53,404 bases of DNA from Candidatus Methylomirabilia bacterium. GTDB taxonomy: Bacteria > Methylomirabilota > Methylomirabilia > Rokubacteriales > CSP1-6. Location: the NCBI GenBank assembly GCA_046758965.1, contig JBHIBG010000011.1, positions 1 to 53,404 on the forward strand, given 5' to 3'. Shown here piece by piece: positions 45,206 to 53,404 of the stretch. Both the position numbers and the translations under genes were made by a program. Each line of letters begins with the position of its first letter. Position 1 is the stretch's first letter. The notes beneath the pieces are model-generated. The model was given only the letters and a program-made list of their open reading frames with translations. It was not told where the DNA came from and searched no databases.

Positions 45206-46501
45206 ATGGCGGTCAGACCGATGGAAGGCCTCTACTACGGAGTCGGCCGGTGGAATGCGGGATGGTACGCGCTGATGGCCATGTTGCTGGTGTTCGTGGC
45301 CGTTGGGGTGTTCGCGTACTCCGTCCAGCTCACCCAGGGGGAGGTCGTCACGGGGCTCAGGGACATCGGGACGATGGGAGGCGCTGCCTGGGGGCTCTAC
45401 GTCGCCTTCGTGGTCTATTTCGTCGGTGTGAGCTTTGCGGGCATGACCATTGCGGCTCTGATCCGGCTATTCGACCTGGAGGACCTCAGACCCGTGTCCA
45501 GGATGGCTGAGCTGCTGACCATCATCGCCCTGATCCTGGGTGCGCTGAGCGTCCTGGCCGATGTCGGCCAGCCGTTGCGTGCGCTCATCAACCTGCCCCG
45601 GTACGGGCGGCCGATGTCCCCATTTTTCGGCACGTTTACACTTGTCCTCTCCGGGTACCTGTTCGCCAGTCTCGTGTATCTCTATCTGGATGGCCGCCGG
45701 GATGCGGCCATCTGCGCCGAGCGGACCCAGGGAGCGCTCAAGAGGTTCTACCGCTTCTGGGCCGCTGGCTACGGGGATACGCCCGCAGAGCGGCAGCGCC
45801 ACGAACGGGCCACGTTCTGGCTGGCTCTGGCAATCCTGCCGCTGCTCGTAGTCGCGCATTCGACCCTGGGCGTCGTATTCGGCCTGCAGATCGGCAGGCC
45901 TGGGTGGTACAGCGCGCTTCAGGCTCCGGGGTTCGTTATCCTGGCCGGGGTCTCTGGCATCGGACACCTGATCGTGATCGCCGCGATCTTCCGCCGGCTC
46001 CTCGGTGAGCGGGAGCGGCTCAACCTAAAGCTCTTCCAATGGCTCGGCAATATCCTCCTGGTCCTGACGATCACCTATCTCTACTTCATGCTAATCGAGT
46101 GGCTCACCTCTACCTACGCAGCCAATTACCACGAGGCGAGAATCTCCCGCGCGATCCTCACGGGAGAGTACGCCGCGATCTTCTGGCTCTCGGTGGCCTC
46201 CTTGGTGGTCCCTCTCGTGCTGCTCTTCCTCCAGTTTGTCACGGGGCGGTACAGCGTGGGGCTGATCGTACTCTCCGGAGCAGTTGTGAATCTTGCGGCG
46301 ATCGGAAAGCGGTACCTGATCGTCGTGCCTTCCCAGACCCACGGGACACTCCTCCCATATGGGGTCGGTTCCTACAGTCCTACCTGGGTTGAGGCGAGCG
46401 TGATCCTGGGGCTCCTGGGACTGGGGGCGCTCTGCTACACCATCTTCATGAAGGTGTTTCCTATCATGGGGATTCCTGAGACGGCTCGAGGAGGTCGATG
46501 A
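45206..46501 (+). CDS. NrfD/PsrC-family membrane anchor (quinol-interacting, about 10 TM)
   Basis: WGLYVA..VYFVG, DVGQP.R, SP, HSTLG, RPGWY. Confidence 0.92.
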   Translation: MAVRPMEGLYYGVGRWNAGWYALMAMLLVFVAVGVFAYSVQLTQGEVVTGLRDIGTMGGAAWGLYVAFVVYFVGVSFAGMTIAALIRLFDLEDLRPVSRMAELLTIIALILGALSVLADVGQPLRALINLPRYGRPMSPFFGTFTLVLSGYLFASLVYLYLDGRRDAAICAERTQGALKRFYRFWAAGYGDTPAERQRHERATFWLALAILPLLVVAHSTLGVVFGLQIGRPGWYSALQAPGFVILAGVSGIGHLIVIAAIFRRLLGERERLNLKLFQWLGNILLVLTITYLYFMLIEWLTSTYAANYHEARISRAILTGEYAAIFWLSVASLVVPLVLLFLQFVTGRYSVGLIVLSGAVVNLAAIGKRYLIVVPSQTHGTLLPYGVGSYSPTWVEASVILGLLGLGALCYTIFMKVFPIMGIPETARGGR

Positions 46502-46716
46502 TGCGGACAGTCCTGACTCTCTCGATGGTCGTGGGCGGGTTCGTGCTGCAGGGGGTGAGCTATTTCTTCCTGGCCGCCCCCTTGGGGATCCCAATCAATG
46601 AAACCTTCAGTAACCCCCGCCTGCCATTCGCGGCCGGGCTCTTCGTGCTGGGTGTGATGCTCGTGTTCCTGGCAGCGGTGGTCTATGAGCTGCTCCCAGA
46701 GAAGCGCCAAGGCTGA
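46498..46716 (+). CDS. Small two-TM membrane protein
   Basis: Overlaps the NrfD stop (ATGA), GGAGG RBS, two hydrophobic segments. Confidence 0.75.
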   Translation: MMRTVLTLSMVVGGFVLQGVSYFFLAAPLGIPINETFSNPRLPFAAGLFVLGVMLVFLAAVVYELLPEKRQG

Positions 46717-46717
46717 C

Positions 46718-47425
46718 GTGGGCGGATCGATCAGGCTCCGGGAGCTGGCCCTGCTCCGCCAGGGCGCCTACCGCCTCCTGGCCACCACATTCCTTTACCC
46801 GAACCCTGAGCGGATCCAAACCGTTTCCCTCCTGGCGGCGTCCCTCGGGGAGGCGAGCCACCCGTTTGCCGAATTTTCGTTCTGGATCCAGTGGAAGCGG
46901 TTGCTCGCTGCACTCTGGGGGCTTCGGGACACGGACCGGGCCGCGCTGGAGGCCGCGTATGTCCCGAATTTCATGGTGAGCTCCGAGGCCGCGCTGTGTG
47001 GCGCCTACGAGTCCGCTCACGTGGAGAAGGAGGCGACGGGGCGGGTCCTGGCAGAGCTCGATCGGGAATACGCCCGGGCGGGGCTTCTGTTGGCCGAGGT
47101 TTGTCCGGACCCCCCGGACCACATCGCGGTCGAGCTGGAGTTCATGAGCGTGCTCTGTGGGGGAGAGGCGGAGGCGTGGCGGCGCAAAGCCGTCGACGAT
47201 GCCGCGGCGCAGCTCGAGCGTGAAGCCCGGTTCCTCGGGCGCCACCTCGGCTGGTGGCTTCCCGAGTTTGCCAGCACGGTTGCCCGCCATGACCCCGATA
47301 GCCTCTACGCGATCGCCACCGACGCGGCATGGGCCTTTGTCTCTCATGAGAAGGATCTCGTCGCAACTTTGCTGACGCGATTTCAGCGCCTCGCAGCCGA
47401 GAGAAGCTCAGGAGGAGATCGATGA
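46718..47425 (+). CDS. TorD/DmsD-family redox enzyme maturation chaperone
   Basis: AYES, PPDHIAVELEFM, FL.RHL..W motifs. Start GTG 46718 (or ATG 46685). Confidence 0.9.
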   Translation: MGGSIRLRELALLRQGAYRLLATTFLYPNPERIQTVSLLAASLGEASHPFAEFSFWIQWKRLLAALWGLRDTDRAALEAAYVPNFMVSSEAALCGAYESAHVEKEATGRVLAELDREYARAGLLLAEVCPDPPDHIAVELEFMSVLCGGEAEAWRRKAVDDAAAQLEREARFLGRHLGWWLPEFASTVARHDPDSLYAIATDAAWAFVSHEKDLVATLLTRFQRLAAERSSGGDR

Positions 47426-49011
47426 CGCCGAAACACGGCGCGGCAATTCTCCTGTGTGGCGAGTTGGAGAGCTTGGGGAACGATCTCGACGTCAGGGCGG
47501 TAGAGAGCTGGCTCGGCGAACGTTTTCCAGAAGCAAGAGTTGTGAGGGCGCCGGGGCCGTGCGAAAACCCGGAGAGCTTCCTGAACTCGTGCCCGATCGG
47601 GAGCGGCCGTCTCATCCTGGGGCTGTGCAGGAGCGTGGACAAGCCCGAGCTGCATCGCCATCTCCGGAAACGGGGGCGTGATCCGTTCGAGGTCGAGGTG
47701 GTGGCCCTGGGGGGCTACGGCCCGCAGGTGCCTCCGCGACAGGAGGGGACGGAAAAGGCCAAGGCGCTTCTGGGAGGCGCCATGGCGCGCTCCCGCGCGT
47801 ACAGCGGAAGCCATCCCGAGAATATCAAGCCTATCCTCTCCTGGGACCAGCGGGTCAGCCGTCGATCTCTCTTCACCCTTCCGCCACTCTTCTACGAGGC
47901 TGTTCCTTCGATCAGCGCCGAGGCATGTGCCGCGAAGGAAGGATGTCGGGTCTGTGTGGTCGCCTGCCCTCGAGAGGCCATCGGGCCGGCTGACGGCAGG
48001 GGGCTCACCCTTGACAAGAGCCTGTGTACCGGGTGCGGAGCGTGCGTGTCGGCCTGCCCGAGGACCGCCATTGACTTGCCCGGCGCCTCCCCCTCGCAGC
48101 TTGATGCCCAGCTCGCGGCACTCCTCGGCGGCGCCCCGGCTGCCCCCTCTCCCCGCGGCATCGTGTTTGTCTGCGAGCGTGGGGTCTCCACTCTTGAGGC
48201 ACTGGCGCAGAAAGGGCTTCCCTATCCTGCCGGATGGTTTCCTGTCGAAGTGCCGTGCATCGGGATGGTCACGCCCGCCTGGCTCCTCCACTCCTTGAAC
48301 CTGGGCGCTTGCGCGGTGGCCGTGCTTCCGTGCAGCCGGGAGGAGTGCCGCTTCGGCCGGCCCGACGTCGTTCGGGGCAGGGTCGACTGCACCCGGGAAC
48401 TGTTGAGCATGCTCGGGGCCTCTCCCGAGCGGGTGAGACTGTTGGATCCTTCCGATGCGCCAACGCTAGCCCGGGAGCTCGCCTCTCTGCCCGAGCCTCT
48501 CAGCAGCCACGCCGGAGCCCGGTCCAACGGGGCATCGCTCTTCACTCCTCGGGCAGCGACTCGGGCGTTACTTGACCTCGCCGACGCGTATGGAGCCGGC
48601 CGTGACCGGTCTCTCACCCACCCCCATTCACCCTTCGGAGTCGTGGAGGTCACGGAAGGGTGCACAGCCTGCGGGGCCTGCGTCCAGGCCTGCCCGACAG
48701 GGTCTCTTGCTCTCGAACGGGATCGGGAAGGGTTGGCACTCACGTTTGAGGCCGGCCTTTGCATCGGCTGTGGGGAATGCGTCCCGGTCTGCCCTGAGAG
48801 CGTCGTGCGGGTTGAGCAGGTCACCGATCTGCTCCGCCTCTCTCGGGGGAAACACGCGCTCTACCGCGACAGCGAGGCCCGGTGCGAGAAGTGTGGGGGT
48901 CCCGTGGCCCCGCGCGCGATGCTCGATCGGATCGGCGCGCTGCTGGGAAACAACCCCGCCATTTCGACCATTACCCAATACTGTCTCCCTTGCCGGGGAG
49001 CCTTGCGATGA
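47422..49011 (+). CDS. Cytoplasmic polyferredoxin with an MvhD-like [2Fe-2S] domain
   Basis: Four ferredoxin-type CX2CX2CX3CP-like motifs, VFVC..VPCIG..C...CRFG, terminal CEKC/CLPC. Confidence 0.85.
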   Translation: MTPKHGAAILLCGELESLGNDLDVRAVESWLGERFPEARVVRAPGPCENPESFLNSCPIGSGRLILGLCRSVDKPELHRHLRKRGRDPFEVEVVALGGYGPQVPPRQEGTEKAKALLGGAMARSRAYSGSHPENIKPILSWDQRVSRRSLFTLPPLFYEAVPSISAEACAAKEGCRVCVVACPREAIGPADGRGLTLDKSLCTGCGACVSACPRTAIDLPGASPSQLDAQLAALLGGAPAAPSPRGIVFVCERGVSTLEALAQKGLPYPAGWFPVEVPCIGMVTPAWLLHSLNLGACAVAVLPCSREECRFGRPDVVRGRVDCTRELLSMLGASPERVRLLDPSDAPTLARELASLPEPLSSHAGARSNGASLFTPRAATRALLDLADAYGAGRDRSLTHPHSPFGVVEVTEGCTACGACVQACPTGSLALERDREGLALTFEAGLCIGCGECVPVCPESVVRVEQVTDLLRLSRGKHALYRDSEARCEKCGGPVAPRAMLDRIGALLGNNPAISTITQYCLPCRGALR

Positions 49012-49097
49012 TTTGACAGCGCCGTGCCCCCCCAGGGATTCTACGCCGTTTCCGTTCTGCCGGGCTGGCCGGTCATCAGGTGCTTGACGAAGAACAA

Positions 49098-50693
49098 ATG
49101 AACACCGTGCGCGAAGGAATCGGGTGGCGGATCAACCTTGCCGTCGGCATCGGGTTCGTCCTGGTGTTGGTGGTGGGAGGGATCTCCGTGCTTCTGGCCT
49201 GGACTATCTCGAGCGGAGTGGGGGAGGGCAGACAGCGAATACTCGAGGGGGAGGCCGTCGACCGGATTCACCACAGCGTTCACCGGTTCGTCGCTGACCT
49301 CCAGCTCATCCTCCAGGGCTATCGAGCAGCTGGGAGCCGACCTCCTGCAGAAGTCTTTGAGGGGCTCAAGGGAGAGATCGCCGCTTATGAAGCGCTGGAG
49401 CGCGCCCAGGGGGGGGACGAAGCCCGCCAGGAGCTGGTGCGGCTTGCGGAGCTGAAATCCCTGCTGGCCGAGCTGGAGGCTCTCTCGGTGGAGGCGATCG
49501 GCGCGTCCGCACGGGGGCGCCCACCGACCCCCGCCGAGCTGAGGGGCCTCAACGAGCTGGCCCATGTCCAGATCTCCTGGGTCATCCAGGAACTCCACGC
49601 CCTTCACCAGAAGAAATTTCAGCTCGCCATCGATCGAAGCCAGCAGCGGATGCTCTGGATCTCTGCCCTCTACGTGGCCTTCGCCCTCGGGGGCGGGCTC
49701 CTGCTCCTTCTCGGCAATCGCTTTCTTTCTCGAGCCCTGGTCATGCCCATCACCCAGCTCGCCCAGGCGGCCCTTCACATCGCCGGTGGCGACCTCTCCC
49801 GGCGCGTTCCCGTCCGGTCGGGCGACGAAGTGGGACAGCTCTCCCGCGCGTTTAACCTGATGGCGGAGCGCCTGGAGAGTCACGAGGCCGACCGGTTGAA
49901 CTTCCAGGCGGAGCTGGAGCGGCAGGTCAAGGAGCGGACGCAGGAGCTGGAGGCGATCACCACGAGGCTTCGGGCAACGCAAGTCCAGCTGATCCGATCG
50001 GAGCGGATCGCCCTGATGGGCGAGATCGCGGCTGGGGTCACTCACGAGATCCGCACGCCTCTCAACTCCCTGGCGATCAATGTTCAATTGCTCGGTCGAG
50101 AGCTTTCCAGAAAAGCCTCCTCGTCGTCCCCCCGCGAGATCCTCACCACGCTGTCCACGGTGGAGTACGAAATCGCTCGGATCAACCGGATCCTGGAAGA
50201 GTTCGTCAGGTTCGCCCGTCTTCCGACACCCCGGTTCGGCCAAGTCGAGGTCGTTCCCCTTCTCCAAGAGATTGTGGGGTTCCTGGGGCCACAGACGGCC
50301 GAATCCCGGGTCCGCGTCGAACTCTCCTGGCCCTCCTCCGTGGCCCCGGTGAAGGGAGATCGCGATCAGCTTCGCGAAGTCTTCCTCAACCTGGGGCAGA
50401 ACGCCCTGCAGGCCATGCCGAATGGAGGGGTCCTTGGCGTGGAGGTCAGTCAGGACGGCGAGTGGGTCGAAGTCGCCGTGACAGATTGTGGGCCGGGCAT
50501 TCGGGAGACGGACCGTGAGCTGATCTTTCTCCCCTTCGTCAGCACCAAGGCGGACGGCCTCGGCCTTGGGCTTGCCATCGTGAGGCGAATCGTCGAGGAC
50601 CACGGGGGAAGCGTCTCCTGTCAGAACCGCGCCGGAGGCGGGGCTGTCTTTGCAGTCCGCCTCCCTGCTGCAGGGCCGGGGAAGGAGGGATGA
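49098..50693 (+). CDS. Sensor histidine kinase (2 TM, helical periplasmic domain, HAMP, HisKA, HATPase)
   Basis: DEVGQL..AFN.M, THEIRTPL, DCGPGI, GLGLGL. Alternative start 49080. Confidence 0.95.
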   Translation: MNTVREGIGWRINLAVGIGFVLVLVVGGISVLLAWTISSGVGEGRQRILEGEAVDRIHHSVHRFVADLQLILQGYRAAGSRPPAEVFEGLKGEIAAYEALERAQGGDEARQELVRLAELKSLLAELEALSVEAIGASARGRPPTPAELRGLNELAHVQISWVIQELHALHQKKFQLAIDRSQQRMLWISALYVAFALGGGLLLLLGNRFLSRALVMPITQLAQAALHIAGGDLSRRVPVRSGDEVGQLSRAFNLMAERLESHEADRLNFQAELERQVKERTQELEAITTRLRATQVQLIRSERIALMGEIAAGVTHEIRTPLNSLAINVQLLGRELSRKASSSSPREILTTLSTVEYEIARINRILEEFVRFARLPTPRFGQVEVVPLLQEIVGFLGPQTAESRVRVELSWPSSVAPVKGDRDQLREVFLNLGQNALQAMPNGGVLGVEVSQDGEWVEVAVTDCGPGIRETDRELIFLPFVSTKADGLGLGLAIVRRIVEDHGGSVSCQNRAGGGAVFAVRLPAAGPGKEG

Positions 50694-50697
50694 GAGG

Positions 50698-52047
50698 ATG
50701 GAACGTCTTATCCTGATAGCCGAGGACGATCCCCGGAGCCGGGAGAGCCTGAGTCGGGCCCTGACCCAGACGGGATACCGGACTCTGACCGCGGCAGACG
50801 GCGCGGAGGCGCTCGCGATCCTGGAAAGGCGATCTGTTGACGTGCTCCTGGCGGACTTGAAAATGCCCGGCGTGGACGGCATGACCCTCCTGGAGCGGGT
50901 GCGAACGGATTCTCCCGAGATCGTTGTGATCATCCTCACCGCCTTCGCAACCGTTGATCTCGCGGTGGAGGCGATGAAGAAGGGGGCCTATGATTTCCTC
51001 ACCAAGCCGATCAACCTGGACAAGCTGGAGCTTCTGCTTCGGAACGCTCTGGAGGCCCGGAGGCTGGCCCAGGAGAATCGAGAGCTGAGGCTCCGCCTGC
51101 GGGAGAGCTCCGGCTTCAAGGACCTCCTGGGCCGCTCCGTGGCCATGCAGCGCCTCAGGGAACTGATCCAGCAAGTGGCCGCGACCGATGCAGCGGTCCT
51201 AATCCTCGGGGAGAGCGGGACGGGCAAGGAGCTGGTGGCCCATGCCATCCATTACGGAGGCCGCCGGGCCGACGGCCCGCTGGTGAAGGTGAGCTGTGCC
51301 GCGCTGCCTGAGGGGCTGCTGGAGTCGGAGCTGTTCGGCCACGAGCGCGGGGCTTTCACCGGCGCCCGGGAACGGCGGAAGGGACGGTTCGAGCTGGCCC
51401 ACGGGGGCACGCTGTTCCTGGACGAGGTGGGTGACCTGAGCCTAGAGACCCAGGCCAAGCTCCTCCGGGTTCTCGAAGAGCAGGAGTTCGAGCGGGTGGG
51501 TGGGACAGAGACGATCCGGGTGGATGTCCGGCTTCTCTCCGCGACCAACCGAGACCTGGAGGGCCTCGTGGCCGAGGGCGTGTTCCGGGAGGATCTTTAC
51601 TATCGGCTCAACGTGGTCCCCATCCCGGTACCGCCGCTCCGGGAGCGGGTCGAGGATGTTCCGATCCTGCTGGCTCGCTTCCTCAGGACCTTTGCCGAGC
51701 GGTGGGGGAAGCCCGTTCCGGAGGTGACGCCCGAGGCCTTAGCTCTTCTCTGCCGTCATTCGTGGCCGGGAAACGTCCGGGAGCTTCAGCACGTGGCGGA
51801 GTTCATGCTGGTCTTCTCAAAGGGGGATCGCATTTCAGTCGGCGAGCTGCCGCCGGCCATTCGAGGCGAGGACCGAGGTTCCGAGTCGAGTAGTTCCGCT
51901 CCGAAAGCCACGCTTCGGGATCTGGAGCGCCAGGCCGTGGCCCGGACGCTGGTAGCGACCGGTGGGAACAAGCGGGGGGCCGCCGAGGTCCTCGGGATAG
52001 GACTTAAGACTCTCTATCGGAAGATCCAAGAGTTCGGCCTTCAGTAG
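50698..52047 (+). CDS. Sigma54-dependent response regulator (NtrC/ZraR family)
   Basis: REC domain, GESGTGKE, GAFTGA, WPGNVREL, HTH TLYRK. Confidence 0.95.
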   Translation: MERLILIAEDDPRSRESLSRALTQTGYRTLTAADGAEALAILERRSVDVLLADLKMPGVDGMTLLERVRTDSPEIVVIILTAFATVDLAVEAMKKGAYDFLTKPINLDKLELLLRNALEARRLAQENRELRLRLRESSGFKDLLGRSVAMQRLRELIQQVAATDAAVLILGESGTGKELVAHAIHYGGRRADGPLVKVSCAALPEGLLESELFGHERGAFTGARERRKGRFELAHGGTLFLDEVGDLSLETQAKLLRVLEEQEFERVGGTETIRVDVRLLSATNRDLEGLVAEGVFREDLYYRLNVVPIPVPPLRERVEDVPILLARFLRTFAERWGKPVPEVTPEALALLCRHSWPGNVRELQHVAEFMLVFSKGDRISVGELPPAIRGEDRGSESSSSAPKATLRDLERQAVARTLVATGGNKRGAAEVLGIGLKTLYRKIQEFGLQ

Positions 52048-52133
52048 CCTTTGTCGTTTTGACCAACGGAGCACAGGCCACAGGGCCGAAACGACAAGCT
52101 CCAAGTACGTCGCCTTCCTCTGAAGTTCGTCTT
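52029..52133 (+). repeat. Diverged direct repeat, copy 1, containing inverted enhancer-like sites
   Basis: Colinear with 53300-53404 (offset 1271); TTGTCGTTTTGACC...GG.CGAAACGACAA conserved. Confidence 0.85.
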
Positions 52134-52196
52134 TCAGTTCAGCCAACTTCCCGTGTCCCAACGCTTTTCCGCGCTGGAGCGTTGTGCCTCCGGACC

Positions 52197-52212
52197 TGGC
52201 ACGGGGGATGCA
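52197..52212 (+). promoter_or_regulatory. Sigma54 promoter
   Basis: TGGCACGGGGGATGCA, 55 bp upstream of the start. Confidence 0.75.
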
Positions 52213-52266
52213 CCGCTGAAGGGAAGGTGAGGCGATCGTGGTGAATGACTGGGAGGGAGGTTCAAG

Positions 52267-53301
52267 ATGACAACCCGTAAGACAGGATGGAGATGGGGAG
52301 TCCTGGGAGTCCTACTGGCGCTGGTTCCCCTTTCTGCCGGGACAGAGGCCCTGGCGGCCACGGTCGTCCGGGCCGTCAAGGTGGACCGGGGACCCGAGGT
52401 CGACGGAAGAGTGGACAAGGTTTGGAACAAAACCAGCGCAGTGAAAGTCGTCGTGGACACAGGCGATCCCGGCAGGATAAAGGTCTCTCTCAAGGCTCTC
52501 TACGACGCAGAGAACGTCTACTTCCTGGTTCGCTGGCAGGACGAGACTCAGAACCTCTTCTTTCAGCCGTGGGAATACGATGGCGAAGAATGGGTCCAGA
52601 GCGACGAGGAAGATGACCGGCTCGCCTTTGCTTGGAACATCTCGAGTCCAGCCTTCCCAGCGGCGGGATGTTACGGCCTCTGCCATGTCAGCAAGGAACC
52701 CGAAGTGGATGGTGCGACTCCGAACGATATGTGGACCAACCAGCCCGGGGAAAAGGTGGACCTCTGGGACTGGAGCTCCGGCGTCACCAACCCCTTGGGC
52801 TATGCACGCGACTTCGCCATCGACTGCATCGACTTCAAAGAGTTCGTCGTCGCTCATCCCGACAGGAAGACCACGGGACGCCGGCCCGACGGTGAGGTGG
52901 AAGCGAAGGGAAGACTGATGCTCCCCAACGTCAACGTAATGGACGATGGTCCGCAATTTGCCCCTTTGCCGCGAGAGCGGGCCCAGGGACCCTTCATCAT
53001 CGTCCGGGGTCCCGGTTCTGTCCTGGACACGGAAGGCCTGGAATTCAAGAAGGGTGACCGTGTCACGGGGATCGTGCTTCCGGGGAAGATTCCAGCCGAC
53101 CTGCGGGGTCACCTCACCGCCAAGGGGATCCACCGGAAGGGACGATGGGTATTAGAGATCAAGCGACCTCTCGTCACCGGCGAACCGGATGACGTGCAGT
53201 TCGAGGTGGGAAAGCAATACCACTTTGGGATCGCGGTCTTTGACCGAACGGATAAGCACAGCATCTCCTTGCAGCCGCTCCAGTTCCAGCTCCGGCGGTA
53301 G
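52267..53301 (+). CDS. Exported ethylbenzene dehydrogenase gamma-like (DOMON-like haem-binding) protein
   Basis: Signal peptide; P.VDG..D..W, LKALYD..NVYFL..W.D, DDRLAFAW, VDLWDW, G.W.LE.KRPL, D.QF; CYGLCH. Confidence 0.8.
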   Translation: MTTRKTGWRWGVLGVLLALVPLSAGTEALAATVVRAVKVDRGPEVDGRVDKVWNKTSAVKVVVDTGDPGRIKVSLKALYDAENVYFLVRWQDETQNLFFQPWEYDGEEWVQSDEEDDRLAFAWNISSPAFPAAGCYGLCHVSKEPEVDGATPNDMWTNQPGEKVDLWDWSSGVTNPLGYARDFAIDCIDFKEFVVAHPDRKTTGRRPDGEVEAKGRLMLPNVNVMDDGPQFAPLPRERAQGPFIIVRGPGSVLDTEGLEFKKGDRVTGIVLPGKIPADLRGHLTAKGIHRKGRWVLEIKRPLVTGEPDDVQFEVGKQYHFGIAVFDRTDKHSISLQPLQFQLRR

Positions 53302-53404
53302 AGTTCGGCCCTGAGTAGCCCTTGTCGTTTTGACCAACGGACGACCGGCCGTAGGGTCGAAACGACAAGGTTCCAGTCCGTCACCTCCCTCTGAAGTTCC
53401 TCTT
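53300..53404 (+). repeat. Diverged direct repeat, copy 2 (runs off the window end)
   Basis: See 52029-52133. Confidence 0.85.

Noticed and set aside
1..53404. Mobile element, prophage, tRNA/rRNA or CRISPR array
   Set aside because: No integrase, transposase, cas gene, repeat-spacer array or structured RNA gene was recognised by eye; a covariance-model search would be needed to exclude small RNAs.

Overview
GC-rich bacterial window (an outer-membrane beta-barrel and lipoproteins imply a diderm; a Methylomirabilota/Rokubacteria-like source is only a guess from gene style) devoted to anaerobic energy metabolism, in three blocks. (1) 0.1-9.1 kb, + strand: a split pyruvate:ferredoxin oxidoreductase with an intervening CBS gene, two tandem-USP genes, a YHS protein, citrate synthase and an AhbD/NirJ-like radical SAM protein. 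(2) 9.1-41.4 kb, mostly - strand: a large putative extracellular electron transfer island. It contains two OmcE-like tetraheme cytochromes (nanowire-type), a 12-heme cytochrome with an OmcE-like N-terminus, two NHL-repeat lipoproteins, an outer-membrane beta-barrel, an embedded five-gene glycosylation module, 4-, 15- and 8-heme exported cytochromes, two Cys-less redoxin-TPR proteins, a histidine-kinase-like protein with no ATPase domain, a sigma54 two-component system, ccmF/H/I, a ccsA/hemX-like gene, hemA and ccmG/ccmA remnants. (3) 41.7-53.4 kb, + strand: a Tat-exported ArrA/ArxA/PsrA-like molybdoenzyme operon with an atypical FS0 motif, a second sigma54 two-component system and an EbdC-like gene flanked by a duplicated regulatory module. 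Nine sigma54 -24/-12 promoter candidates are visible. Four regions share a tandem TGGGG-N6-CCCCA-type palindrome, suggesting one regulon linking cytochrome filaments, haem synthesis, cytochrome maturation and citrate synthase. No rRNA, tRNA, CRISPR array or transposase was recognised. All family calls come from motif recognition, not database searches.
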